A stretch of 64,000 bases of DNA, taken from positions 2,144,001 through 2,208,000 of the forward strand of contig CBDCSU010000006.1 in the NCBI GenBank assembly GCA_965221775.1, written 5' to 3'. Below, piece after piece: positions 13,758 through 22,946 of the stretch. The notes below the pieces were generated by a model. It worked only from the letters and a program-made list of their open reading frames with translations, made no database searches and was not told where the DNA came from. Position 1 is the first letter of the stretch; the number at the start of each line of letters is the position of its first letter. A program made the position numbers and the translations under genes. This stretch comes from Candidatus Latescibacterota bacterium (GTDB lineage: Bacteria > Latescibacterota > UBA2968 > UBA8231).

Positions 13758-16118
13758 CTACTCCGTGCGCAGCGTCTTCACCGGATTGGTCATGGAAGCC
13801 CGGATCGCCTGCTGGCTCACCGTCAGGCCGGCGACGAGGAAGGAGAGGGCGCCCGAGGTCAGGAACAGACCCACGCCGACCTCCACGTGGTAGGCGTAGT
13901 TCTGCAGCCACAGGCCGCCGAGCCACCAGGCGATGGGGATGCTGAGGAGGAAGGCGAGGCCCACGGGCTTGGCGAAGTCGCGCAGCATCATCGCCGTGAG
14001 GCCGGCGACGGAGGCGCCGAAGACCTTGCGCACGCCGATCTCGCGGGTGCGGTTCTGGGCCGTGTGGGCGGCCATGCCGAAGAGGCCCACGAGGGCCACG
14101 GCGATGGCGAAGGAGAGGAAGACGGTGAGGGCGCGGCCCATGAGCAGCTCCTCCATGTAGAGGCCGGCGAAGACCTCCTCGAGGGGCATGCGCTCGATGG
14201 GCCGGTGGGGGGAGAGGTCCGCCCACTTCGCGTCGATCAGCTCGTTGACCTCGTCGAGGTGCCCGGGCCGGGCGCGCACGGAGATTGGGCCGACGTTGGA
14301 GACGGGGGCCATGAGCAGGGGCTCCACCTTCTTGTGGGGGCCGTCGAAGTGGAAGTCCTCGACGACGCCCACGACGCGCAGGTCCCGGCCCATGTAGCCG
14401 GTGATCGCCTTGCCCAGGGGATCCTCCCACCCCATCCTGCGCACGGCGGTCTCGTTGATCACCGCGGCCCGGTCGTCGGAGGGATCATCGGTGAGGGCGC
14501 GGCCCCGGCTCATGCGCAGGCCCAGCATCGCGAAGAAGTCGCCGTCCACCCCGTAGGTCCTCACCTGCACCTTGGCCGCGTCCTCCCCCTGTACTTCGTA
14601 CCAGGTCCTGCTGAGGTTGCCGGGCAACGTCTCGGAGAGGCTGACCAGGGCGACCCGGCTGTCCTGGAGCAGCTCGGACTTGAGGACCCGGGTCTGCTCC
14701 AGCGTCAGTCCCTGGTTGCGGATGACCGTCACCTGCTCCGGCTCGAACCCGAGGGAGGAGTCGCGGCGGAGCAGGTCCTGCACGTAGTCGACCTGGCTCC
14801 AGATGAGCAGGGTCATCGTCATCATGGCGGCGGTGATGGTGAACTGTCCCACCACCAGGACCTGGCGCAGGCGGGCGCCGCCGGAGCGGCGGCGGCGGAC
14901 CACGGCGGCCGGCTGGAAGCGCGCCACCAGCCAGGCCGGGTAGGCGCCGGCCGCCAGTCCGACCCCGAGGGCCAGGGCCGCGGCCCCGGCGGCGGCGGGG
15001 ATCGTCCAGCGCATGAAGGGCAGACCGATGTCCATTCCCGTGATCAGGGCGGGGAGGCGCACCAGGATCTGGGTCGCGGCGGCGCCCAGGAGCGTCGCCA
15101 CGGCGCTGAGCACCACCGACTCGCACAGGAGCTGGCGGATGAGCTGTCCGCGCTGGGCGCCGAGGGACTTGCGCACGCCGATCTCGTGGGTGCGCCGGTC
15201 GGCCCTCGCCGTGGACAGGTTCACGTAGTTGACCCCGGCGATGGCCAGGATCACCGCCGCCAGCACGGCGCAGATCGCCAGGTACAGGGGGTTGCCGCTG
15301 GGACCGAGGTTGTTGGGCACCTCCGAGTCGAAGCGGATCGACTTCAGCGGCTGCAGCTTGTAGGCGCGACCCTCCTCCTCCGGCATACCCGTGAGTTCCT
15401 CGGCCATGGCGGGCAGGCGCGCGGCGATGGCGGCCGGGTCGGCGCCGGGGCCCAGCTGCACGTAGGTGATGAAGGCCCTGCTGCTCCTCGACCCCATCAT
15501 GGCGCGGCTCTCCTCGTACATGGTGGCGAAGGAGAGGAGCGCGGTGAAGTCGAGGAGGGAGTTCGGTGGCGGTTGAGCGACGATGCCCGTGACCTCGCAG
15601 TCGTACTCCTCGTCGACGCGGATCAACTGCCCCATGGGGTCGTCGTCGCCGAAGAGGCGGCGGGCCAGGGGCTCGGTGAGGACCATGGTGTAGGGGCGGG
15701 TCAGGGCCGTCTCCGGGTCGCCCCGCAGCAGGGGGAAGCCGAAGACCTGGAGGACGCCGTCCTCCGCCATCAGCACCCAGTCGGAGAGCGACTCCTTGCC
15801 GGCGAGCCGGAGCTGCGTCGGCCACCTCCCTCGGAAGCGGACCGCTTCCTCCACCTGGGGCAGCTGATCCTCGAGGGCCGGGCCCATGTGGATGGGCAGA
15901 CTCGTGTTGAACCCGCCGCCGCGCCACGCGGGACCCAGGACGCGGTAGACGCGGTCCCCGTTCTCGTGGAAGGTCCCCACGGACAGCTGGTGGGAGGTGA
16001 ACTGGATGATCAGCAGGCAGAGGGAGAAGCCGAGGGCGAGTCCGAAGACGTTGATCGCCGCGTACCCGCGTTCCCTCCACAGCAGGCGAAGCGCCGTTGT
16101 CAGGTAGTGAGCCAGCAT
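13758..16118 (-). CDS. Duplicated-domain MacB/FtsX ABC permease (copy 1, first gene of the operon)
   Basis: Start MLAHYLTTAL at 16118 after GGAAAGGGAA; RTHEIGVRKSLGA, RTREIGVRKVFGAS. Confidence 0.92.
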   Translation of the reverse strand: MLAHYLTTALRLLWRERGYAAINVFGLALGFSLCLLIIQFTSHQLSVGTFHENGDRVYRVLGPAWRGGGFNTSLPIHMGPALEDQLPQVEEAVRFRGRWPTQLRLAGKESLSDWVLMAEDGVLQVFGFPLLRGDPETALTRPYTMVLTEPLARRLFGDDDPMGQLIRVDEEYDCEVTGIVAQPPPNSLLDFTALLSFATMYEESRAMMGSRSSRAFITYVQLGPGADPAAIAARLPAMAEELTGMPEEEGRAYKLQPLKSIRFDSEVPNNLGPSGNPLYLAICAVLAAVILAIAGVNYVNLSTARADRRTHEIGVRKSLGAQRGQLIRQLLCESVVLSAVATLLGAAATQILVRLPALITGMDIGLPFMRWTIPAAAGAAALALGVGLAAGAYPAWLVARFQPAAVVRRRRSGGARLRQVLVVGQFTITAAMMTMTLLIWSQVDYVQDLLRRDSSLGFEPEQVTVIRNQGLTLEQTRVLKSELLQDSRVALVSLSETLPGNLSRTWYEVQGEDAAKVQVRTYGVDGDFFAMLGLRMSRGRALTDDPSDDRAAVINETAVRRMGWEDPLGKAITGYMGRDLRVVGVVEDFHFDGPHKKVEPLLMAPVSNVGPISVRARPGHLDEVNELIDAKWADLSPHRPIERMPLEEVFAGLYMEELLMGRALTVFLSFAIAVALVGLFGMAAHTAQNRTREIGVRKVFGASVAGLTAMMLRDFAKPVGLAFLLSIPIAWWLGGLWLQNYAYHVEVGVGLFLTSGALSFLVAGLTVSQQAIRASMTNPVKTLRTE

Positions 16119-16190
16119 GATCGTTCCCTTTCCTCTTCCTGGTTTCCGTCCGGGCCCGCCGATCGGCGGATAGCCCTCACCCGACCTTTT

Positions 16191-16206
16191 AGCAACAACC
16201 GCGCCA
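16191..16206 (-). promoter_or_regulatory. sigma54 -24/-12 promoter of the permease operon
   Basis: Minus strand TGGCGC-GGTTG-TTGCT matches TGGCAC-N5-TTGCW with exact spacing, about 70 nt upstream of the ATG. Confidence 0.7.
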
Positions 16207-16293
16207 CGGTGCGTTACTCTTTCTCCGGGAACCAGTTGCGGCGATCTGTCCCGAATCGGCCGGCGGACTGGATGGCCGCTGGCGATACAGAAG

Positions 16294-16309
16294 TGTCCAC
16301 AGACGGACA
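16294..16309. promoter_or_regulatory. Putative enhancer (bEBP upstream activator site)
   Basis: TGTCC-ACAGAC-GGACA inverted repeat (TGT-N10-ACA) about 90 bp upstream of the sigma54 motif. Confidence 0.55.
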
Positions 16310-16454
16310 TCTGGGGGCTGACAGCTCCGCACCTCGGCCCCGAGTGCCGTGCCTCCTGCCGGCCGGCCCTGGAGGCGGCAAGTGGAGGCGGGGTGTCGCA
16401 GGCCCTGCCGGGCGCGGTTGCCAGCCGGCGGGCGCAGCCGCAGCTTTGGTCCCC

Positions 16455-16661
16455 ATGCTCGAGTTCGGGGTCGTCCTCTACGCCATCCTCGTCCTGCTCG
16501 TCGCCATGTTCCTGCGCCGGGCCTGGGGCCGCAGCTTCGACGACGTCCTCGACCGGTCGGAGGCCGAGCACCACCAGGTCCACGGCGTCCATTCCCGGCA
16601 CCCCCTCGGCGGCACCTGGAAGCAGTTCCGGCAGTGGATGAAGGAGGAGGAGGAGCGATGA
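16455..16661 (+). CDS. Small single-TM hypothetical protein (68 aa)
   Basis: MLEFGVVLYAILVLLVAMFLRRAW...; strong GC3 codon bias; ATGA overlap with the next gene. Confidence 0.65.
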   Translation: MLEFGVVLYAILVLLVAMFLRRAWGRSFDDVLDRSEAEHHQVHGVHSRHPLGGTWKQFRQWMKEEEER

Positions 16662-17419
16662 AGGTCACCGTCTTCGGCGCCGCCGGCTGGGCCGGCCGCG
16701 CCATGCTGGCCAACCTGAAGGGCCGCCACGAGATACGCGCCGTCGACTACGGTCCCGGCGCCTGGGACTCCCTGCGCGACGTCGACGGCGACTGGGACGG
16801 CGAGACGGTGCACGCCGACATCCGCGACTACGACGCCGTCCACGCAGCCGTGGAGGGCTCAGACGCCGTGATCCACGCGGCCGTGTACAGCGCCCGCAGC
16901 GGCGACGGCGGCTACGGACCGGCCAACGACCAGTCCTACCTGGTCAACCTGAAGGGTCTCTACAACGTGCTGGAGGCGTCACACCTGCTGGAGGTGGGCC
17001 GCATCGTCCACATCGGCTCGTGCCACGTGGAGCACCCCAAGGGCGTGTTCTTCGACAGCGAGGTGCGCCGCCCCGACGGCAGCCTGTACGCCGTCCACAA
17101 GCGGCTGCAGGAGGAGATGTGCCGGCAGATGCACGAGGCCTTCGGCATGTCCATCGTCGTCCTGCGGCCGTGCTACATCGTCGACAGCCGCCTCGGGATC
17201 GGGAAGTCCCGCTACGACCTCCGCGGCCGCTGGAACACCGGCTGGGTCTGCCGCCACGACCTGGCCGAGGCCTGCCGCCTCGCCGTCGAGCGCGAGGGGC
17301 TGGAGCTGGAGGTGCTCAACATGGCCGGCGCCGAGGAGGCCGACGCGTTCTGCAACCGCCGCTGCGGCATGGAGGTGCTGGGCCTGGAGTACCGGGGGGA
17401 CCTGGACCAGTACCGCTGA
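16658..17419 (+). CDS. NAD-dependent epimerase/dehydratase (extended SDR, uronate-dehydrogenase-like)
   Basis: MKVTVFGAAGWAG Rossmann motif, DAVIHAA, VNLKGLYNVLEA, YxxxK (YAVHK); RBS GGAGGAG. Confidence 0.85.
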   Translation: MKVTVFGAAGWAGRAMLANLKGRHEIRAVDYGPGAWDSLRDVDGDWDGETVHADIRDYDAVHAAVEGSDAVIHAAVYSARSGDGGYGPANDQSYLVNLKGLYNVLEASHLLEVGRIVHIGSCHVEHPKGVFFDSEVRRPDGSLYAVHKRLQEEMCRQMHEAFGMSIVVLRPCYIVDSRLGIGKSRYDLRGRWNTGWVCRHDLAEACRLAVEREGLELEVLNMAGAEEADAFCNRRCGMEVLGLEYRGDLDQYR

Positions 17420-17640
17420 GGGCGGGATCCCGCGGCGACTGCGTTTGCAGGATCATCGCCGGTGACCGGAGGCCGCCGGGGATCCCCATGGGCCGTTGCC
17501 CGCCGAGGAACGGTGACGGTGATGCCAGGGGCCACCGCCTCGCCCCGGCGAATCCCGCCCGGCCTTCACCCCGGATCGCCGGGAGCCTTGCGCACGCCGA
17601 TCTCACGGGTCCGCCGGTCGGCCCGGAAGCTGAGAGTCAC

Positions 17641-19122
17641 ATGCCGTCACCGCCCGAACGCCCCAACCTCGTCTTCGTGCTCCCCGACCGGCAGCGCCGC
17701 GACACCCTGGCCTGCTACGGCAACGACTGGATCCAGGTCCCGCGCCTGAACCGGCTGGCCGGGGAGAGCCTGGTCTTCGACAACTGCTACGTCACCCAGG
17801 CGGTCTGCTGCCCGTCGCGGGCCTCCATCCTGTGCGGGCTCTACCCGGTGGACGCCGGCATGCCCGTGAACCGTCACATCCTGCCAAGCCGCGTGCCGAC
17901 CATCGCCGAGATGCTCCCCGGCGGCTACCACACCGGCTACATCGGCAAGTGGCACCTGGGGGACGAGATCCAGGCGCAGCACGGCTTCGACGAGTGGATC
18001 GGATGCTTCGACCACTGGTGGCCGGAGTACACCAGCGAGGCGCTGAAGAAGCAGCTCTCGCCCTACCACCACTGGCTCCTCGAGCACGGCTTCGAGCCGG
18101 ACGCCCCGCATCCGGCGGGAGCCATGTTCTCCGACGACTTCCGCGCCGGCCTGCCCGTCGAGTACCAGATGGCCACCTGGCTCGGCCGGCAGTCGGCCGG
18201 GTTCATCGAGCGCAACGCCGGGCGGCCCTTCGTCCTCTACGTCAGCTCCAAGGAGCCGCACCCGCCCTTCACCAGCCCCTGGGACGGCCTCTACGACCCC
18301 GAGAGCCTGCCCGTGGACGAGACCTTCCGCGTCCACCCGGAGGGACACTCCCTGTTCAACCGCATCCGGGCCGAGTTCTGGATGCAGGCGGTGCACGACG
18401 GCGGCTTCGACCTGGGCACCGATTCGGGGTGCCGGCGGATGCGCGCCAACTACTACGGCTGCGTGTCGCTGGTGGACGGCATGGTGGGCAGCATCCTCGA
18501 CGCCATCGACAGGGCCGGGCTGCGGGACGACACCATCGTCGTGTTCACCAGCGACCACGGCGAGATGGTCGGCACCCACGGCCACGTGGAGATGCGCTCT
18601 CCGTACGAGGAGTCGGCGCGGGTGCCGTTGCTGGTGCGCGCCCCGTGGCTGCACGAGGGCCAGCGCCGCATCGGCGGCAACTTCAGCCAGATCGACTTCG
18701 TGCCCACCCTGCTCGACCTGCTCGGCCAGGGCGTGCCCGAGGGCCTGCCCGGGGCCAGCCGGGCAGCGGTGATCCGCGGTGAAGCCGATCTGAGCGGTGA
18801 GGACGTGGTCATCCAGCACAACGGCGTCGGCGACCGCGACCTGACTTCGGCGGCCGAGTCGCACACCATGCCGGCGGAGCGCGTGCGCCAGCTCAATCTG
18901 CTCAAGACCGCGCCGTGGCGCAGCGTGGTCACCGCCGACCGCTGGAAGCTGACCTTGTGCGCCGCCGATCAGGGCGAGCTGTTCGACCTGAACACGGACC
19001 CGGCGGAGACCACCAACCTCTTCGACCGGCCCGAGCACCGCGACCGCGTGCGCTGGATGGCGGCGCGCCTGCGGCTGTGGCAGCAGCAGGTCGGGGACAG
19101 GGCGCCCCTGCCGGGTGTGTAG
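17641..19122 (+). CDS. Formylglycine-dependent (Cys-type) sulfatase
   Basis: PNLVFVLPD, CCPSRASILCG (CxPxR), GYIGKWHLG, EPHPP, FTSDHGEM, ELFDLNTDPAE. Confidence 0.92.
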   Translation: MPSPPERPNLVFVLPDRQRRDTLACYGNDWIQVPRLNRLAGESLVFDNCYVTQAVCCPSRASILCGLYPVDAGMPVNRHILPSRVPTIAEMLPGGYHTGYIGKWHLGDEIQAQHGFDEWIGCFDHWWPEYTSEALKKQLSPYHHWLLEHGFEPDAPHPAGAMFSDDFRAGLPVEYQMATWLGRQSAGFIERNAGRPFVLYVSSKEPHPPFTSPWDGLYDPESLPVDETFRVHPEGHSLFNRIRAEFWMQAVHDGGFDLGTDSGCRRMRANYYGCVSLVDGMVGSILDAIDRAGLRDDTIVVFTSDHGEMVGTHGHVEMRSPYEESARVPLLVRAPWLHEGQRRIGGNFSQIDFVPTLLDLLGQGVPEGLPGASRAAVIRGEADLSGEDVVIQHNGVGDRDLTSAAESHTMPAERVRQLNLLKTAPWRSVVTADRWKLTLCAADQGELFDLNTDPAETTNLFDRPEHRDRVRWMAARLRLWQQQVGDRAPLPGV

Positions 19123-19347
19123 GACCCGCTGACGGCGCATTGCCCGCGGGCGCGCGGCAGCGAGGGCCTGGCCCGCGCCGGTACAAGGCGCCGGGATTCC
19201 TTCCTTCTACCTGGAACAGCTCCAACTGAGCGCTGCGGCGCCGGGGACGCTCGAGGGCCGAGGCGCGACAGCTGGCCACCGGGGGCTCGCCCTGGCGGAG
19301 TCTCGCCAGGACTTCACCCGGGGCGCCGGGGATGCCCCCCTATCTAT

Positions 19348-22300
19348 CTAGAAGAGCTCGAGTTGGGCGCCGCGCCGCCGGGGGCCGGGCCCGGCGCCTT
19401 CGTGGGCGAGCAGCTCCGGAGGCAGGTCGGCCAGGAACGGCGACGGCGGCAGGCTCGCCCGCTGTCCGCGGACAATCCGCTGCCGCGACCGGGTGAGGAT
19501 CAGCCGATCGCGGGCGCGAGTGAGGGCCACGAAGAGCAGGCGCCGCTCCTCCTCCAGGTCGGTGGCGCCGTCCCCGTCGCGCAACGGCACGAGGCCGTCC
19601 TCCACGCCGCAGAGGATCACCACCGGAAACTCCAGGCCCTTGGCGGCGTGCATCGTCATCAGGGCCACGGCCTGCGCGGCCGGCCGGCCGTCGCGGCGGG
19701 TCACGTCGCCTTCGCGGCCCAGCAGCAGGGTGTCGAGCAGCTCCCCCATGGAGGCGGCCCCGGCGGCAACGCCGACCAGTTGCTCGAAGGCGGGGGTGGC
19801 TTCCACGCCGAGGTCCTCCTGCCAGACGCGCAGCACCTTGTCCGGGGGCTCGTTCTCGGCGCGGCGGGCGTACCCGGCGGCGGCGCGGCGCAGGGCCTCC
19901 ACCCGGGCCGCGGCCTTGGTGGGGAGCCCGCCGACGGCGGCCTCGAGCTCGCCCGCTGAGCCGATGGCCTCCGACAGCCGCCCCAGGGCCGCGTCGCCGG
20001 CGTCGAAGGGACCGTTGCGCAGGGCCTCCAGCAGGCGCAGGGGGCGCTCGGGCTCCAAGGCGTAGCGGAAGAAGGCCACCGCGTCCCGGGCGCCCCGCTC
20101 CTCCAGGAACCGCCGCGGACCGGAGACGGAGTACGGCAGGCCCTCGGTGAGGAAGCACTCCTCCAGGGCCGCGGCCTGGCGGCCGGTGCGGAAGAGGACG
20201 GCCACGTCGTCGAAGGCGTAGTTCCCGGGCTCGGGGGTGCCGCTGGCCTGGTCGGTGGCCACCATGTCGGTGCCGCCCACCAGCTCCTGCACGGCGCGAA
20301 CCACGGCGATCGCCTCCGCCTGCTCGCTGCCGGCCTCGACGAGGCGGATGCTCGGTCCGGGGGGAGTTGCGTCGGCGTCGCTGCCTGGGGCTGGCCCATG
20401 GCCGCCGATCACCGCTCGGGAAGCCGCGCCGCCGTCGCTGACGTCAGCCGCGGGGCTGCCGCCCGCGATCACCGCCCGGGAGGCGGCCACCACGCCCGGG
20501 GCGCTGCGGTAGTTGCGCTTTAGCCGGTGCACCGAGAGGGCCGGGTAGTCCTGCCCCAGGCGGTCGAAGAACCCCGGGTCGGCGCCGCGGAACCCGTAGA
20601 TCGCCTGGTCCGGATCGCCGATGACGAAGAGGCCCTCGCCGGAGCCGGCCAGCCGCCGCACCAGCTCGTACTGGACCGCGTTGACGTCCTGGAACTCGTC
20701 GACGAGCAGGTAGTCGTGGCTGTCCGCAGCCCGGCGGCCCACCGCCTCGTCCCCGCGCAGCAGTTCCAGCAGGTCGAGGAGGAGATCGTCGTAGTCGCGG
20801 GCGTTGCAGGCAGCCAGGCGCTCCTGGTAGGCGGCGTAGGCGGCGGCGAGGGGTTCGCCGGACAGCTCCTCCGGACGCAGGCCGTCCGCCTTCCAGCGGG
20901 AGATGCGGTCGCGGGCATCGCGGGCCGTTGTCCGGGCCGGGGCCGTCCCTTTGCGGGCGAGCACGTCGCGCAGCAGGCCGAGGGACTCGGCCTCGTCCAC
21001 CACCAGCGGCGGTTCGGCGCCGGTGAGCCCGGTGGTCCAGCCGATGGCCAGCCGATGGAAGGTGCCCACGCGCACGGCGGCGGCGTGCGCGCCCAGCAGA
21101 TCCTCCAGGCGCTCGGCCATCTCCCGGGCCGCCCGCTGCGTGAAGGTGACGGCGGCGATGCGCTCCGGCGGGCACGCCCGTTCCCGCACCATCCAGGCGA
21201 TCCGCCGAGTCAGGGTCCTCGTCTTGCCGGAGCCGGGGCCGGCGATCACGGCCACCGGGCCGGCGGCCTTCACCGCCTCCCTCTGGTCGTCGTCCAGATC
21301 CTCCAGGGCCTTCTCTTCGGTGGCCTCCTCCGCGGCCTCGAGCAGCGCGTCCAGGCGCGGCGTCCCGTCAACGGGCTCCAGGGCAATGCGCTCCACCACG
21401 TGTGCGGCGTCCAGGGCCTCCGCATCGACGGGCGGGGCAGCGGACGGCGCGACCGCCCCGGTGTCGACGGCGGCGGGCTCCGGGGCGATGCGCTTCACCA
21501 CGTCGGCGGCGTCCACGGCTGCCGCGTCGACCGCCCCCTCATCAACGGCCGCGCCGCCTGAGGGAGCCGCGGCGCTCGGCGCCGTCGCGGCCATGCTGAA
21601 CAGCCGGCCCTGGCCCTCCAAGTCTCGGCGCTCCTCGTCGGTGAAGACCTGGATCACCCCGTACTCGCCGTCGTACCCGGGCTCGATGGCGACGCGGCCC
21701 TCGCGCATGCGGCGCACGCCCTCGGCCACCAGGGGCTCTCCGCAGGCGGCGATGCGCTCCGGGTCCACGGCGCGCAGCACGGACAGCTCCGGGCCGAGCT
21801 GCTCCAGCAGGTGCCGGTGGATGCCCTGCACCCTCTTACTCTTCGGTCCCACGCCGATGCAGGAGCCGATCACCTCGTCGAGGGCGATGAGGTACTCGAA
21901 GGGCCGCTCCACGGGGGGCACCTCCTCCTCGCCGCGGTCGGCGAGGCTCTCGACCCGGTGCAGGACCCCCACGGTGAGCTTGCGCCCGCACTCCGGGCAC
22001 AGGCCGCCGGCGGCCCTGGTCTCGGCCGGCTTCCAGTGGACCCCGCACTTGCGGTGGCCGTCGTAGTGGTACTTCCCCTCCTCGGGGTAGAACTCGATGG
22101 TGCCGGTGAAGCGGGACGGGTCGCGCGAGCGCAGCGCCTCGAAGAGACCGGTGTAGGAGAGATCCGTGTCGAAGCAGGTCGCCTCGCGGCCGAGGCGGGA
22201 GGGGGAGTGGGCGTCGGAGTTGGAGACCACGGCGTAGCGGTCGAGGGCGGACAACCGGCTGTTCATCGGCGGGTCGGAGGAGAGGCCGGTCTCGACGGCG

Positions 22301-22881
22301 AAGATGTGGGGCAGCAGGTCGTCGAAGCACTCCTCGAGGCTGTCGAAGCCGGAGCTGGCGCCGAGGACAGCGAAGTGGGGCGTCCAGATGTGGGCGGGGA
22401 TGAACAGCACCCGGGGATCGACCTCGAGGCAGATATCGAGCAGATCGCGGCTGTCGAGGCCGAGGATGGGGCGCCCGTCCGAGCCGAGGTTGCCGATCGC
22501 CGAGAGCCGCCGGTTGAGGTCGTCCACGGCGTCGAAGCCGGGCAGGCAGACGACGTTGTGGACCTTGCGGGTGCGTCCGCCCCGCTTGTAGATCGAGCTG
22601 ATCTCCACGGTCAGCAGGAAGCGCACCTCGCCCCGGCACGATCGCGGGACCTGCCCGTCGACGGGTTTGGCGAGGTCGGGCCGAAGCCGGAACAGCCCCT
22701 CCTCCGCCGGCTCCAGCTTCTCCTTCAGCTCCGCCAGCCACTCCGGGTGCGTGAAGTCGGCGGTGCCGACGACGCCGATCCCCTTCAGCTGCGACCACTT
22801 GTGCAGATTCTCGGGGTTCAGGTCGCGGCTGGTGGCCCGCGACCAGCGCGAGTGCAGGTGGATGTCGGCGACGAATTCCAT
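19348..22881 (-). CDS. Endonuclease Q-like PHP/Zn-finger domain fused to UvrD/PcrA-like SF1 helicase
   Basis: N-term ADIHLHSRWS, GTADFTHP, PAHIWTP, SNSDAHS, GKYHYDGHRKC..CPECG; C-term AGPGSGKT, LVDEFQD, IGDPDQAIYGFRGA, NYRS, TMHAAKGLEF, EERRLLFVALTRAR. The start may be 22890. Confidence 0.88.
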   Translation of the reverse strand: MEFVADIHLHSRWSRATSRDLNPENLHKWSQLKGIGVVGTADFTHPEWLAELKEKLEPAEEGLFRLRPDLAKPVDGQVPRSCRGEVRFLLTVEISSIYKRGGRTRKVHNVVCLPGFDAVDDLNRRLSAIGNLGSDGRPILGLDSRDLLDICLEVDPRVLFIPAHIWTPHFAVLGASSGFDSLEECFDDLLPHIFAVETGLSSDPPMNSRLSALDRYAVVSNSDAHSPSRLGREATCFDTDLSYTGLFEALRSRDPSRFTGTIEFYPEEGKYHYDGHRKCGVHWKPAETRAAGGLCPECGRKLTVGVLHRVESLADRGEEEVPPVERPFEYLIALDEVIGSCIGVGPKSKRVQGIHRHLLEQLGPELSVLRAVDPERIAACGEPLVAEGVRRMREGRVAIEPGYDGEYGVIQVFTDEERRDLEGQGRLFSMAATAPSAAAPSGGAAVDEGAVDAAAVDAADVVKRIAPEPAAVDTGAVAPSAAPPVDAEALDAAHVVERIALEPVDGTPRLDALLEAAEEATEEKALEDLDDDQREAVKAAGPVAVIAGPGSGKTRTLTRRIAWMVRERACPPERIAAVTFTQRAAREMAERLEDLLGAHAAAVRVGTFHRLAIGWTTGLTGAEPPLVVDEAESLGLLRDVLARKGTAPARTTARDARDRISRWKADGLRPEELSGEPLAAAYAAYQERLAACNARDYDDLLLDLLELLRGDEAVGRRAADSHDYLLVDEFQDVNAVQYELVRRLAGSGEGLFVIGDPDQAIYGFRGADPGFFDRLGQDYPALSVHRLKRNYRSAPGVVAASRAVIAGGSPAADVSDGGAASRAVIGGHGPAPGSDADATPPGPSIRLVEAGSEQAEAIAVVRAVQELVGGTDMVATDQASGTPEPGNYAFDDVAVLFRTGRQAAALEECFLTEGLPYSVSGPRRFLEERGARDAVAFFRYALEPERPLRLLEALRNGPFDAGDAALGRLSEAIGSAGELEAAVGGLPTKAAARVEALRRAAAGYARRAENEPPDKVLRVWQEDLGVEATPAFEQLVGVAAGAASMGELLDTLLLGREGDVTRRDGRPAAQAVALMTMHAAKGLEFPVVILCGVEDGLVPLRDGDGATDLEEERRLLFVALTRARDRLILTRSRQRIVRGQRASLPPSPFLADLPPELLAHEGAGPGPRRRGAQLELF

Positions 22882-22946
22882 TCGAGGCATGGGGGAAGGG
22901 ACGGAAATATACCGCCCCGGTTCCTCGGGCGCGTGCGCCAGCGGGC

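Noticed and set aside
11155-16661. Long plus-strand ORFs (912 aa, 976 aa) opposite the permeases
   Set aside because: Antisense shadows typical of high-GC3 genes with no motifs; only the last 68 codons of the second look coding
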